The position numbers and the translations under genes are program-made. DNA of 64,000 nucleotides from Thermoplasmata archaeon (lineage in GTDB: Archaea > Thermoplasmatota > Thermoplasmata > RBG-16-68-12), in assembly GCA_035636595.1 (NCBI GenBank), contig DASPYU010000016.1:193518-257517 (forward strand). The letters run 5' to 3'. How positions within the stretch are numbered: the stretch's first letter is position 1; every line of letters begins with the position of its first letter. Below are positions 1 through 9,473 of this stretch, piece by piece. Below the pieces are notes generated by a model that made no database searches, had not been told where the DNA came from, and saw nothing but the letters and a program-made list of their open reading frames with translations.

Positions 1-521
1 TTCACCTCGATGCCGTTGACTCCGGCGGCAAATCCTTGGACGGACTCGCGGTACTCGAGAGACAGGAGATCAACAACGACCTTCGGACGCACCGCGCGGA
101 GGTACGCCGCGAGGATCAGCGGGAGTCCGTGATCGTGCCACCATCGGTTCAGTTTGCCGAATGGCGGCGTCTTCTCCGCCATGGAGAGTTTGTATCCGGG
201 AATCAGATCGCGCGATGCGACGAGGCCCCGCAGGGCGGACGCGATGACGACCTCGACGTTCGGCGCGCGGCCTTCCCACGCATCCCTCGGGATGCTGTGA
301 TACATGTTCCCATCGTACCGCTCGTAAGCCGGGAGGAGACCTTGTGTTGCAATCGACCCTGATGGACTCTGCGTCCGAACCTGCTCGCGGAGCGCCTCGA
401 GTTTCCCCCGAGCATCCGGCGGCAGGGCCTCTCCGATGGCATCCGTCCCGGCTTCCGGCGTGCCGCCCCTCAACTTCCGCGTGCTCTCTGGGGTAAGGAC
501 CACGATCTCGAATCGGGCCAT
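1..521 (-). CDS. YaaA/UPF0246-like peroxide stress DNA-binding protein (partial, runs off window)
   Basis: Not in the ORF track. Manual translation from ATG 521: MARFEIVVLTPESTRK...LLPAYERYDGNMY...VIASALRGLV...DLIPGYKLSM...VVDLLSLEY, matching YaaA motifs (PA..RY.G..Y; SALYGL..P.D.I..YRL.M). Confidence 0.7.
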   Translation of the reverse strand, partial: MARFEIVVLTPESTRKLRGGTPEAGTDAIGEALPPDARGKLEALREQVRTQSPSGSIATQGLLPAYERYDGNMYHSIPRDAWEGRAPNVEVVIASALRGLVASRDLIPGYKLSMAEKTPPFGKLNRWWHDHGLPLILAAYLRAVRPKVVVDLLSLEYRESVQGFAAGVNGIEV

Positions 522-644
522 GGCCGACGCATGATTCGTCGTCGCGGCTTAGCTCTTTGGCCGCTCGCTCTCCCGATTCACGCCGATTCTCCAATCCGGA
601 CCGGAATTCCCCTCCGGCCGCCGCCCGCAGGCCCGATGGCTCGA

Positions 645-1196
645 TCAGGAGGCCCGAGGGGTGGCGGGTCGCTTTGCGAGCCACCGCTCGACGACGTCCT
701 GGTGCCCGCGGGCATACTCAGTGGCGGCGAGGGCGCGGGGATCGTGCCACTGGAGCTGGGCGTACCACGGCGGGACCCGGAGCTCGAACGTCTTCGGCGG
801 CGCGGCGTCGATGAAGAACCAGATGTCATAGTGCATTTCGCCCGGCGCCTCCTTGGACGGATAGAAGTCGACCTCGCTCCGCGGCTCGGAGTAATGGGCG
901 CCGGGCATCCCCAACATCGTCTCTCCGATCCGCCGAGCGGCGTCGCGCGAGTCCTCGCCGAGCTTCAAGTGGCTCGCAGGAATCGTCCAGCCTTTCCCGT
1001 GGGTGCGGTATCGGCCCGGGTCGAGGCCGGCGAGCTCTTCCCACTTCGGATTGTCCGCGTACTTCCCGAGGAGGATCCGGTCGCCATTCGTGACGAACAG
1101 GAACGCGCAGACGCACAGGCCGCCGGGAGGCGGGCTCGTGAAGCCGGCGGGCGGCGCGCGTGTCGAAACCCAGAGGAACGGGCCACGGTCGCTCAT
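645..1196 (-). CDS. Nudix-fold protein with degenerate Nudix box
   Basis: CVCAFLFVTNGDRILLGK, then WTIPASHLKLGEDSRDAARRIGETMLG. The Nudix layout is present but the REXXEE glutamates are missing. Confidence 0.65.
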   Translation of the reverse strand: MSDRGPFLWVSTRAPPAGFTSPPPGGLCVCAFLFVTNGDRILLGKYADNPKWEELAGLDPGRYRTHGKGWTIPASHLKLGEDSRDAARRIGETMLGMPGAHYSEPRSEVDFYPSKEAPGEMHYDIWFFIDAAPPKTFELRVPPWYAQLQWHDPRALAATEYARGHQDVVERWLAKRPATPRAS

Positions 1197-1243
1197 GCAC
1201 TCCGGACCGCGATGCGAGGCAAAAGCTTTCGGTTCGTACGCCG

Positions 1244-1690
1244 GTGGGAAAGAACCGGAGGGTTTCTATCCTTCCTGCTCCGCCACCACGCGACGCTCAT
1301 CAACGGTGGAACGAACGCGTCACGATCTTGCTCGTGGTCCTTGCCATCGTCCTCGTGGTCGTCGCGGCGATTCTTGTGCCGCAGCCGCGCATCCGGCTCA
1401 CGGGCGTTCGATACCAAACGACCCCTTGTGATCTTGCGACAACGACCTTCGTGGCGACTGCGATCGTCACGCTCACGAACGAGGGCGCGGGGGACGGAGC
1501 GATCATCGTTCGCTTCTACGCAGATGGTCAGATGCGGGCGATGGGAAACTTCTTCGTACCGGGACATCGCACACTGGAGCGCGCTCTCGATGCCATGATC
1601 GGAGATTGTGCGTATCATCGGTACTCCGTCGACACGCTCATCCCGCCGAGCGAGGGATTTCACTCATCGGGGTCGGTGCTGGACCGGTGA
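1244..1690 (+). CDS. Hypothetical N-terminally membrane-anchored protein with beta-rich extracellular part
   Basis: Hydrophobic ILLVVLAIVLVVVAAILV followed by VTLTNEGAGDG (Ig/CARDB-like). Start is uncertain (GTG 1244 chosen). Confidence 0.5.
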   Translation: MGKNRRVSILPAPPPRDAHQRWNERVTILLVVLAIVLVVVAAILVPQPRIRLTGVRYQTTPCDLATTTFVATAIVTLTNEGAGDGAIIVRFYADGQMRAMGNFFVPGHRTLERALDAMIGDCAYHRYSVDTLIPPSEGFHSSGSVLDR

Positions 1691-1760
1691 TTCGGTGAGA
1701 TGATGCGGCGGTTGAAGGCCCGCAAAGGACTAAGGCCCGCCCCCCATTGCCACGCAGTCC

Positions 1761-2744
1761 ATGAGCAGGAGTGATTCGAAGCGCAAGTTCAAGCGACTAT
1801 TTCTTGCGGCAGACTTGCACGGCTCGGAGATCGTCTTCCGCAAGTTCCTCGCCGCCGCGAAATTCTACGAGGCGGACGCCCTCCTCATCGGCGGCGACAT
1901 CACGGCGAAGGCGATCAGCCCGATCGTGCAGCAACGCGACGGGCGGTTCAGCACGCGCCTGGTGGGACAGTCCCGAGAGAATCTCAAGGAATCCGAAGTC
2001 GCCCCGATCCAGAAGGCGATCGCGGATTCGGGGCAGTATCCCGCCCGCCTCTCGGAAGAGGAATACGCCGCACTTCGCGCCGACCCGACGAAAGTCGATC
2101 GCTTGTTCACCGAACTCATGATCGACCAGATTCGGCGGTGGACGAACATGGCCGAGGAACACCTCGCGCGGCTCGGCATCCCTCTGTTCTGGATCGGCGG
2201 AAACGACGACAAGGAAGAAGCACTCGCGACGGTCGTCTCGACGCCGCACGTGCACTACGTCGACGAAACCGTCGCCCGATTCGACGAGGATCACGAGATC
2301 CTCGGGTTCGGGTGGACGAATCCGTCTCCGTGGAACACGCCTCGAGAGCTTCCGGAAGACCGGCTCGCGAAACGGCTGCGTCCCGTCCTGGACCGGGTGG
2401 AGGATCCGGCTCGCTGCATCTACCTGATCCACGCGCCGCCGTTCGGGACCGGGTTGGACATCGCCCCGAAACTCGACACCTCCACGGATCCGCCGAGGCC
2501 CGTGGTGCAAGGGGGCCAGCAGGTCCTCATCCCCGTGGGCAGCACGAGCTTCCGGGAGGCGATCCTCGAAAGGCAGCCGCTCCTCGGCCTCCACGGCCAC
2601 ATTCATGAGACAAAGAACGCGGCGAAGCTCAAGCGGACCCTCTGCGTGGACCCGGGATCCGAGTACAGCGCCGGGACGCTCCGGGGGGCGATTGTCAACC
2701 TCGAGCGAGACCGCGTCCTGAGCTACCAGTTCACGACGGGCTGA
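1761..2744 (+). CDS. Calcineurin-like metallophosphoesterase (Icc-related)
   Basis: Motifs ADLHG, GGDIT, GGNDD, HAPP, LHGHIHE. Confidence 0.9.
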   Translation: MSRSDSKRKFKRLFLAADLHGSEIVFRKFLAAAKFYEADALLIGGDITAKAISPIVQQRDGRFSTRLVGQSRENLKESEVAPIQKAIADSGQYPARLSEEEYAALRADPTKVDRLFTELMIDQIRRWTNMAEEHLARLGIPLFWIGGNDDKEEALATVVSTPHVHYVDETVARFDEDHEILGFGWTNPSPWNTPRELPEDRLAKRLRPVLDRVEDPARCIYLIHAPPFGTGLDIAPKLDTSTDPPRPVVQGGQQVLIPVGSTSFREAILERQPLLGLHGHIHETKNAAKLKRTLCVDPGSEYSAGTLRGAIVNLERDRVLSYQFTTG

Positions 2745-2793
2745 GCAAGGCCTGCGCCGGCGATCCGACCCCGGACGAATTCCTTCGGCCGAC

Positions 2794-4473
2794 CTAGATC
2801 GGGGGCACTTCCTTGTAGGCCAGGTCGAGGTTGACCCCTATCCGCTTCAGGTACGCGCGACGAATGAAGTAGTACGCCACCCAGCCGAAGAAGATCAGCA
2901 CCACGATGTAGAGGAACAAGTTGCCGGAGTAGCCCAGGTTGCTCAGGTCCACGTTGACGAGGAACGGCACCGTCAGGAAGTAGTAGAGCATCAGGGCACT
3001 GAACACCGCAGCAATGACTCCGCAAATCGTGATCAGCGGAATCGGACCGACCTTGAACTTGGCGATCGGTGCGGTCGCGTAGACTTCTTTCCGGGTCCAC
3101 GGGAAGAGCGCGCCGCCGAGGGCGGTGCCCATATACATGACGGTCGCCACCGCCGTGACGGCCAGCGTATATGTCGTGTACCCGGGGACCAAGTTGTAGA
3201 CGTACGCAAAGACAAAGCCGCCGAGGATTAGGAAGATCACGTGCGCGTAGACCGGCGTGTGGGTCCTCGGGCTCACGTGGCTCAGGGCTTTCGGCAGCAC
3301 CCCGTCGATCGACATCGCAACGGCGACCCGGGTCCAGCCGACGATCACGTTGAACACCACCTGGATCGCATTCAGCGCGACGCCGATAATCATGAGGAAC
3401 AGGAGGATCGGGCTATCCGTGAGCATGATCGCCAGGGAGCTGAACCACGGCGGGATCGGAGGCTGGGGAAGTGCGGGCTGAAAGCTGAGGAACGCCGCAG
3501 CCCCGAGCCAGGTCTGGTCCACGGTCTGGACGATGACGAGGGCCAGCACCGCCATCATGATCATGCTGAAGACGCCGCCACCGAAGTTGATGAACATCTG
3601 GTTCTTCAGGCTCTGCGCTCCCTGGATTTCGCCCGCTTGCTCCTGGGCATACCCGACCCATCCAAGGCTCGTCAAGGCGACCGGGGTCACGAGGATCGTG
3701 CCGGCGATGGACAGCGTCCGGTCCGGGGTGAAGGCGTTAGCCGCGGCGTTCGTCATGATCGCCGCGTAGGCACCGGATCCTCCGCCCACCATGGCAGCCG
3801 CCCGGTCGTATCGGGCGATGAATTGAGCATTCGACGTGGTGAGGAACAGGATCACCATGAGGACGTAACTCAGCAGGAAGCCGTACCACATGATCCATTG
3901 GAGTTTGACAAACCACCGGAAGCTCTTGATGAGGACGAGGGCCGCGATCGTGGAGGAGACCATCGTGACGATCGTCGGGCCCCAGCCGACGAGGTACCAG
4001 GCGCCCCAGTCGATCAGGGATTGATTGTTCGTCATGATCCCGAGGCCCGTGAGCATCGGGTAGACGCCGAGGACGGACAGGAGCCAGCCGCCGAGTGCCT
4101 GCCACTGGAGGAAGAAGGTGATGATCATCGTCGCGACCGTCGCGAATCCCAGCCACGGCCGCAAGGTCCGACTTTGGAACACGTAATCGCCGCCGGTCCG
4201 CGGCATCGCGGAGGCGAGGCCCGCGTACACGACCGCCAAGAACGATGTGAAAAGCCCGCAGAGGAGGATCCCCGCCCAGATCGAGGCGCCGTTCTGGAAG
4301 GCGATCGTCGTGATGTACACCCAGGGGAAAATCACGCCGATGTTCAGCACGTTGTACGCGAACGCCGAGTACGGCGACATGACCCGGACGAGCCCGGACG
4401 CCCGTCGCGTGAACACCTGGACTTGTGCGGTCGCCTGCGCTCCCGGCCTGGCAAAAACGTCGACTTCGCCCAT
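2794..4473 (-). CDS. APC-family amino acid/polyamine permease
   Basis: About 12 TM segments; FTRRASGLVR, AMPRTGGDYVF, DGVLP...THTP. Confidence 0.9.
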   Translation of the reverse strand: MGEVDVFARPGAQATAQVQVFTRRASGLVRVMSPYSAFAYNVLNIGVIFPWVYITTIAFQNGASIWAGILLCGLFTSFLAVVYAGLASAMPRTGGDYVFQSRTLRPWLGFATVATMIITFFLQWQALGGWLLSVLGVYPMLTGLGIMTNNQSLIDWGAWYLVGWGPTIVTMVSSTIAALVLIKSFRWFVKLQWIMWYGFLLSYVLMVILFLTTSNAQFIARYDRAAAMVGGGSGAYAAIMTNAAANAFTPDRTLSIAGTILVTPVALTSLGWVGYAQEQAGEIQGAQSLKNQMFINFGGGVFSMIMMAVLALVIVQTVDQTWLGAAAFLSFQPALPQPPIPPWFSSLAIMLTDSPILLFLMIIGVALNAIQVVFNVIVGWTRVAVAMSIDGVLPKALSHVSPRTHTPVYAHVIFLILGGFVFAYVYNLVPGYTTYTLAVTAVATVMYMGTALGGALFPWTRKEVYATAPIAKFKVGPIPLITICGVIAAVFSALMLYYFLTVPFLVNVDLSNLGYSGNLFLYIVVLIFFGWVAYYFIRRAYLKRIGVNLDLAYKEVPPI

Positions 4474-4671
4474 CGGCCTCGCCCCCGCTCCCGCCGCCAG
4501 TAACCGGTCGTCCGCTCATCAAGCTTTTGCAGTCCGCGACTCCGTTGGAACGGGACGCCCCGGGCACATCCTTATACGGACCTTCCCATTCGCGCGAACG
4601 CGCGTTGGCTGCGACGAGCCTCCCCGGTCCGCGTCGGGCTTGGAGGCCGCCCGCCTCACCCCCGTGCGACC

Positions 4672-5514
4672 ATGCCAAACGAACCGACCTTCGTGGCTCT
4701 CGGAGAGGAGGATTTCCTCCGCGCGGCGCGGTCGATCGTCGACGCGGCTCAGGCGCACGGGACGGCATTGCGGATCCTCGGATCCCTGGGGATCTACGCC
4801 CACTCGTTGCACGTGCCCGAATGCATCTCGTTCTTCCACCGCGTCGGGCGCGTCCGCGAGGGCACGCCCTTGTTCACGGACCTCGATCTGATGGGGTACG
4901 CGAGTCAAGGCCGCTCGATCAGCCGCGTGTTCGAAGGCCTCGGGTTCCGGCCAGACGAAATGATCAACGGCTTCTTCGGCGATCGGCGGCTCATATACTA
5001 CGAGGGCAAGAATCGGTTTCACGTCGACATCTTCCTCGACAAACTCGAATTCAGCCACGACGTCTTGTTCGGGAAGAAACCGGGGAATGGACGGCTCGAG
5101 CTCGACTCCCCCACGATTTCGCTCACGGACATGGTCCTCGAGAAGCTGCAGATCCACCAGATCGGCCGGAAGGATCTCGTGGACCTGATCGTGCTATTCC
5201 TCGGCCACGACGTGGAAAGCGCGCCGAACGGAGATCGGGAGGCGATCGATGGCGGACACATCGCAGGCCTCCTCGCGGACGACTGGGGGTTCTGGTACGA
5301 ATCGACGCAGAACCTTGCGAAGACGAGACAGCTGCTCCGCAATTTCGTCGCCGAAGGAAAGATCCCCGCGGAGTTCGCGAACCGAGTCGAAGGCCGGATC
5401 GGAAAACTCGAGAGCGGCGTCCAGTCCGTCCCCAAGGGGCGGCACTGGGAGAAGCGGGCCAAGGTCGGCACCGCGAAGCCGTGGTTCCGAGAGGTCGAGG
5501 AAATCGTCCGATAG
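4672..5514 (+). CDS. Uncharacterised Pol-beta-superfamily nucleotidyltransferase-like protein
   Basis: LRILGSLG...TDLDL...VDIF (GS plus DxD plus third Asp), with a C-terminal LEKLQI...KDLVD helix. Confidence 0.65.
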   Translation: MPNEPTFVALGEEDFLRAARSIVDAAQAHGTALRILGSLGIYAHSLHVPECISFFHRVGRVREGTPLFTDLDLMGYASQGRSISRVFEGLGFRPDEMINGFFGDRRLIYYEGKNRFHVDIFLDKLEFSHDVLFGKKPGNGRLELDSPTISLTDMVLEKLQIHQIGRKDLVDLIVLFLGHDVESAPNGDREAIDGGHIAGLLADDWGFWYESTQNLAKTRQLLRNFVAEGKIPAEFANRVEGRIGKLESGVQSVPKGRHWEKRAKVGTAKPWFREVEEIVR

Positions 5515-5523
5515 GATGCCCGG

Positions 5524-6090
5524 TCAGCGGTTCTCGTCGTACGCCCGCTGCAACCAACGCAGGACTTCCGAATCCACTTCGTCGCGCGCCTTGAGACCAA
5601 TCTGGACGTGCATCGTCTCTTGAATCTTTGAGGGTTGTAGCCGACCGCCCGGCTTTTGACCGTCGAGCCGGAGGCCCAGGTCGACGCGGTTCTTCGTCGT
5701 CGGCTGGATCCTCGCGAACGTCCTACGCGGCGAGACGAGCGACACGTAGGTCTTGCGCGCTTGGATCGTGACGTTGCCCAAGTCCGCGACCGCGTCGATG
5801 AGGGCGTCGAAGATGGGCCGGAGCTGCGGTCGGTCCGCGTACTGACCGTCCACGAGTTCGTCGGCGGACGCGAGAAGGAAGTCCGGATAACCGAAGCGTT
5901 CCATCACGAGGAGCGACTGCGCGTAGCCGGTCACGCCCTGTTTTGTCAGCCAGGTCCGGAGCTGGTCCTCGGTGTCGAACCGCTCCTTCTTGATGCGCCG
6001 ATACCACGCGGCGACCCCTTCTCCCGTACGTTCTTCGAGGAGTCTCGCGGACATGTCCTGCATGGCTTTCCAGTCCCAGGTTTCGGCCAC
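5524..6090 (-). CDS. DUF5655-like domain protein
   Basis: RKTYVSL...RRTFARIQPTTKNRVDLGL...EVDSEVLRWLQRAY. Confidence 0.7.
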   Translation of the reverse strand: MAETWDWKAMQDMSARLLEERTGEGVAAWYRRIKKERFDTEDQLRTWLTKQGVTGYAQSLLVMERFGYPDFLLASADELVDGQYADRPQLRPIFDALIDAVADLGNVTIQARKTYVSLVSPRRTFARIQPTTKNRVDLGLRLDGQKPGGRLQPSKIQETMHVQIGLKARDEVDSEVLRWLQRAYDENR

Positions 6091-6201
6091 TCGCCTCGCC
6101 GTCCACTGCGCGGACGCCCGATTGCTGTGGGCCGAGGAAAACCTTTCGCAGACCGCGACGGTCGCGCTACGAAGCCTCTGGAGCGAGGCGAGGCTGCAGG
6201 C

Positions 6202-6618
6202 TTACGCGTACCTTTTCTCAATCTCGGCGAAGAAGGCCTTGGCGAGCCGAACGAAGTCGGCTTCGCTCACGTGGACCTCGTCGCCCGGCTTCAGCTTCAG
6301 CACGGACTTGTCCGCCGGGAGCGTGAGTCCCGAGACGGCGGAGTTCGGCCACCCGGGGAGCCGGTCGATCTGGAGCTTGCCCTCGTTGAGCACGATCGAG
6401 TTGGATAGGATCCGGACCTCGTTCAGCGGGTTGCCGTCCTTGCCTTCGATGCCGGAGAGCCGGTGCACGAACATGTATTCGAGCTTCAGGACGAGGTTGT
6501 TGAAGAACGGGGTCTCCAGTCCCTTGGCGCCGGATTTCTTGAACGTACGTACGTCGGCGTCGATCTTCGTGCGGCATGCATCCACGTAAGCTCTCTCGTA
6601 GGTTTTCATTCCGAGCAT
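6202..6618 (-). CDS. Conserved hypothetical protein
   Basis: Genome-typical codon use; last gene of a tightly spaced minus-strand operon; FVHRLSGIEGKDGNPLNEVR. Confidence 0.7.
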   Translation of the reverse strand: MLGMKTYERAYVDACRTKIDADVRTFKKSGAKGLETPFFNNLVLKLEYMFVHRLSGIEGKDGNPLNEVRILSNSIVLNEGKLQIDRLPGWPNSAVSGLTLPADKSVLKLKPGDEVHVSEADFVRLAKAFFAEIEKRYA

Positions 6619-6619
6619 C

Positions 6620-7225
6620 TTATCGGTCCTCCTCGCGAGTTGGGTATTGTTCCTGAACCTTCGAGACGCGCTCCCGGAAGTCTTCGAATGGCAGCCCGGC
6701 CAGCTGGGCCTCTAGGCGGTCGAGGACGACGTGCGTCGCGGGCCTCGCGCCGAGCGCGCTCTGGCGCGTCAGCTTCCTGTGCGTCAGCGTCAGAAGAGTT
6801 TCCTGGCCCTCCGGCCGAAGCTCCCAGCGCACGATGGCATCCTCGCCGTTCGGCATTCTCCCCCAGGGTTGGACTTTCCATTCGTACTCGAAGACGCGGG
6901 GAGGCTCCCAGACCAGGATTCGCCCCGTCACGTGCAACTGACCGGGTCCGGTGTGGAAGTCGATCGATCCGCCAGTCCGGCCATCGATGACAGCCTTCGT
7001 CAGGTACCATCGCGCGAGGTGCTCCGGTTCCGTCAGCGCTTCCCATACCGCCTCGATCGGATGCGGGATGCGCCGTTCAAACCGGAGGGTCGCCTGGTCG
7101 CCTTCGAATGTGAGTGTGCCCCGTCGCGAGGTCGGGGATGTCGTCACTCGGTTCGTTGCTCCTTCGACTTCGCCCGGTGATTGCGGGAGGGGCATCTTTA
7201 ACACACCGCCGACTGCTCGCGTCAT
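6620..7225 (-). CDS. SRPBCC/AHSA1 (START-like) ligand-binding protein
   Basis: LRFERRIPHPIEAVWEALTEPEHLARW. ATG 7225 overlaps the ArsR stop (ATGA). Confidence 0.85.
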   Translation of the reverse strand: MTRAVGGVLKMPLPQSPGEVEGATNRVTTSPTSRRGTLTFEGDQATLRFERRIPHPIEAVWEALTEPEHLARWYLTKAVIDGRTGGSIDFHTGPGQLHVTGRILVWEPPRVFEYEWKVQPWGRMPNGEDAIVRWELRPEGQETLLTLTHRKLTRQSALGARPATHVVLDRLEAQLAGLPFEDFRERVSKVQEQYPTREEDR

Positions 7226-7566
7226 CGCTTCTTCCTCTTGGCCTTCTCTCCGACCGCCCGTGCGTCCAAGTACCGTCCGAGGGCGTCGAGCGCGTCGGGC
7301 CAGATTGCCTGGTACTTCGCGACCCACTCATACAGGTCGGCGAGGCCTTCGGGGTTCAGCGTGTAGATGCGTTGCTGAGCCTGGACCGCGACCTGGACCA
7401 GCTTCGCCTTCCGCAGGATCTTGAGGTGGCGCGAGACGCCGGGCTGCGTAAGGCGCGGGAACTCGGCGACGATGCGTCCTGCGTTGCGGGGACCCCGGGC
7501 GAGCAGGTCGAGGACGGCTCGCCGAGTCGGGTCCGCGATCGCCGAGAAGACATCGGTCCCCGTCAT
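7222..7566 (-). CDS. ArsR/SmtB-family transcriptional regulator
   Basis: FSAIADPTRRAVLDLL...QPGVSRHLKILRKAKLV...RIYTL. Confidence 0.9.
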   Translation of the reverse strand: MTGTDVFSAIADPTRRAVLDLLARGPRNAGRIVAEFPRLTQPGVSRHLKILRKAKLVQVAVQAQQRIYTLNPEGLADLYEWVAKYQAIWPDALDALGRYLDARAVGEKAKRKKR

Positions 7567-7592
7567 CGGTCGCCCCCTGGAGGACCTGTGCC

Positions 7593-8003
7593 TCAGCCCT
7601 TTCGCGGCGGCGCGGGGCCCTGCTCGAGCAGAGTAAGGTGGTTGCCGTCCGGGTCCGTGAAGTACCCGGCGATGCCGTAGTTCGCCTCGACGGGCGCCGG
7701 GTCCTTGAACTTCACGCCGCGCGCCTTGAGGATCTCGAAATCCTTGCGGCAGTCGTTCGTCTTGAAGACCCAGTGGTTCCCTCCGCTGCCGGCCTCCGGC
7801 GGCGCGCGCGGATCCACCTTGTACGTACCTTGGAACAGGATGAATTCGAGGTCCTGCCCCTTGACCCCCACGGTGACCCAGCGTGGGTTGCCTGGCAATT
7901 GGTAGTCCGCACGCTTCTCCAGCCCGAGCACGTCCGTGTAGAACCGGAGGGCTTTCTCTTGGTCGCTCACGACAATCGGCACATGTGTCACTTTCTCGAT
8001 CAC
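7593..8003 (-). CDS. VOC/glyoxalase-family protein
   Basis: VSDQEKALRFYTDVLGL...FTDPDGN. Confidence 0.9.
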   Translation of the reverse strand: MIEKVTHVPIVVSDQEKALRFYTDVLGLEKRADYQLPGNPRWVTVGVKGQDLEFILFQGTYKVDPRAPPEAGSGGNHWVFKTNDCRKDFEILKARGVKFKDPAPVEANYGIAGYFTDPDGNHLTLLEQGPAPPRKG

Positions 8004-8024
8004 GGTCCTGACCTCGAACAGTAT

Positions 8025-8040
8025 ATAACGAATTGGTTAT
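8025..8040. promoter_or_regulatory. Palindromic operator ATAAC-N6-GTTAT, putative ArsR autoregulation site overlapping a TATA-like element
   Basis: gtatATAACgaattgGTTATtta directly upstream of the VOC-ArsR-SRPBCC operon. Confidence 0.55.
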
Positions 8041-8214
8041 TTAGCGCTTCGGTTATGTTTGGACCGACACCGCGCAGTTTACCGCAGCCTTCTGCGGACT
8101 CTCGCCTAGCGTCGGTCGAGGAAGCGAGTGGTTACCGGGGTGTCGGCACTCGGTGAACAAACTCAATAGGCGACGAGTCGTTGACCCACCGAGAACTCAC
8201 AGGGAGCCACCGAC

Positions 8215-8739
8215 ATGCCGCAAAAGACGAAGAGACCGCCACGCAAGACTGAGACCGCTTCGCAGGAGATCATCCCGTCCCTCTGGTTCGACCGCCAAGC
8301 CGAGGAGGCCGCGCGGTTCTACGTATCCCTGTTCCCGGACTCGCACGTCGACAAGGTCGTCAAAGCCCCCTCGGACTCCCCGAGCGGGAAACAGGGAGAC
8401 GTCCTCTCCGTCGACTTCACCCTGATGGGCCGGAAGTTCAGCGGCCTAAACGGCGGACCGTATTTCAAGTTCAACGAAGCCGTCTCATTCACCGTTCCGT
8501 GCGAGAGCCAGGCCGAGGTGGACCGATACTGGAAGGTTCTCTCGGCGGTACCCAAGGCCGAGCAATGCGGGTGGGTGAAGGACCGCTACGGTCTCTCGTG
8601 GCAGATCGTGCCAACGATGCTGTACGGGCTCCTCGCCGACCCGGACCGTAGGAAGGCCGGGCGCGTGATGGACGTGATGCTCAAAATGAAGAAGCTTGAC
8701 ATCAGGACACTGCAGCAAGCCTACGAGAACGCCAAGTGA
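8215..8739 (+). CDS. PhnB-like VOC family protein
   Basis: PSLWFDRQAEEAARFYVSLF...LNGGP...CGWVKDRYGLSWQI. Confidence 0.9.
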   Translation: MPQKTKRPPRKTETASQEIIPSLWFDRQAEEAARFYVSLFPDSHVDKVVKAPSDSPSGKQGDVLSVDFTLMGRKFSGLNGGPYFKFNEAVSFTVPCESQAEVDRYWKVLSAVPKAEQCGWVKDRYGLSWQIVPTMLYGLLADPDRRKAGRVMDVMLKMKKLDIRTLQQAYENAK

Positions 8740-8753
8740 CGGGAGGCGACTCC

Positions 8754-9416
8754 ATGAGGAAACTTGTTGTCGGCGCCTTTCTGACGCTCGACGGGGTCAT
8801 GCAGGCCCCGGGCGGCCCGGATGAGGACCGTGAGGGCGGGTTCGCGCACGGCGGATGGTCGGTGAAGTATTGGGACGACATGATGGGCAAACTCATCGTT
8901 GAGCAGACACTGAGACCCGACGCGCTGTTGCTCGGCCGCAAGACGTACGAGATCTTTGCCTCGCACTGGCCACGGGTGACGGATCCGAAGGATCCCGTGG
9001 CTTCCAAGCTGAACAGCATGCGGAAGTACGTCGCCTCACGAACGCTTCGCAACTTGGATTGGCACAACGCCACCCTGTTGCGCGGCGATGCCGCGACCTC
9101 CGTCGCACGGCTCAAGCAGCAAGCCGGAGGCGAAATTCACGTGACGGGGAGCTCCAACCTGATCCAGACGTTGTTGAAGCACGACCTGGTCGACGAGTTC
9201 CGCTTGTGGGTCTTTCCGGTCATGGTGGGCCCGGGGAAACGGCTTTTCGGAGACGGGACCGTCCCTGGGGCTTTCCGGCTGGCGGACACCGCGACGTCGA
9301 GCACCGGCGTCGCCATCCACCGCTACGAACGGGCCGGAAAACTCGAGGTCGCTGAGTTCGCGGTGGACGAGCGTGGCCGCAGCGCGGCGCTCTGGGAGGA
9401 TAAGGCCGACAAGTAA
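8754..9416 (+). CDS. Dihydrofolate reductase/RibD C-terminal-like protein
   Basis: MRKLVV...TLDGVMQAPGG...LLGRKTYE...GSSNL...LVDEFRLWVFPV..G.GKRLF; GGAGG SD upstream. Confidence 0.9.
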   Translation: MRKLVVGAFLTLDGVMQAPGGPDEDREGGFAHGGWSVKYWDDMMGKLIVEQTLRPDALLLGRKTYEIFASHWPRVTDPKDPVASKLNSMRKYVASRTLRNLDWHNATLLRGDAATSVARLKQQAGGEIHVTGSSNLIQTLLKHDLVDEFRLWVFPVMVGPGKRLFGDGTVPGAFRLADTATSSTGVAIHRYERAGKLEVAEFAVDERGRSAALWEDKADK

Positions 9417-9473
9417 ATCCCCAGGCGGGAATCGAGTCCCAACCTGCTAGCCTCCCCTCGACATCGCGCGGCC

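Noticed and set aside
36..362. Plus-strand 108-aa ORF
   Set aside because: Antisense shadow of the YaaA-like gene.
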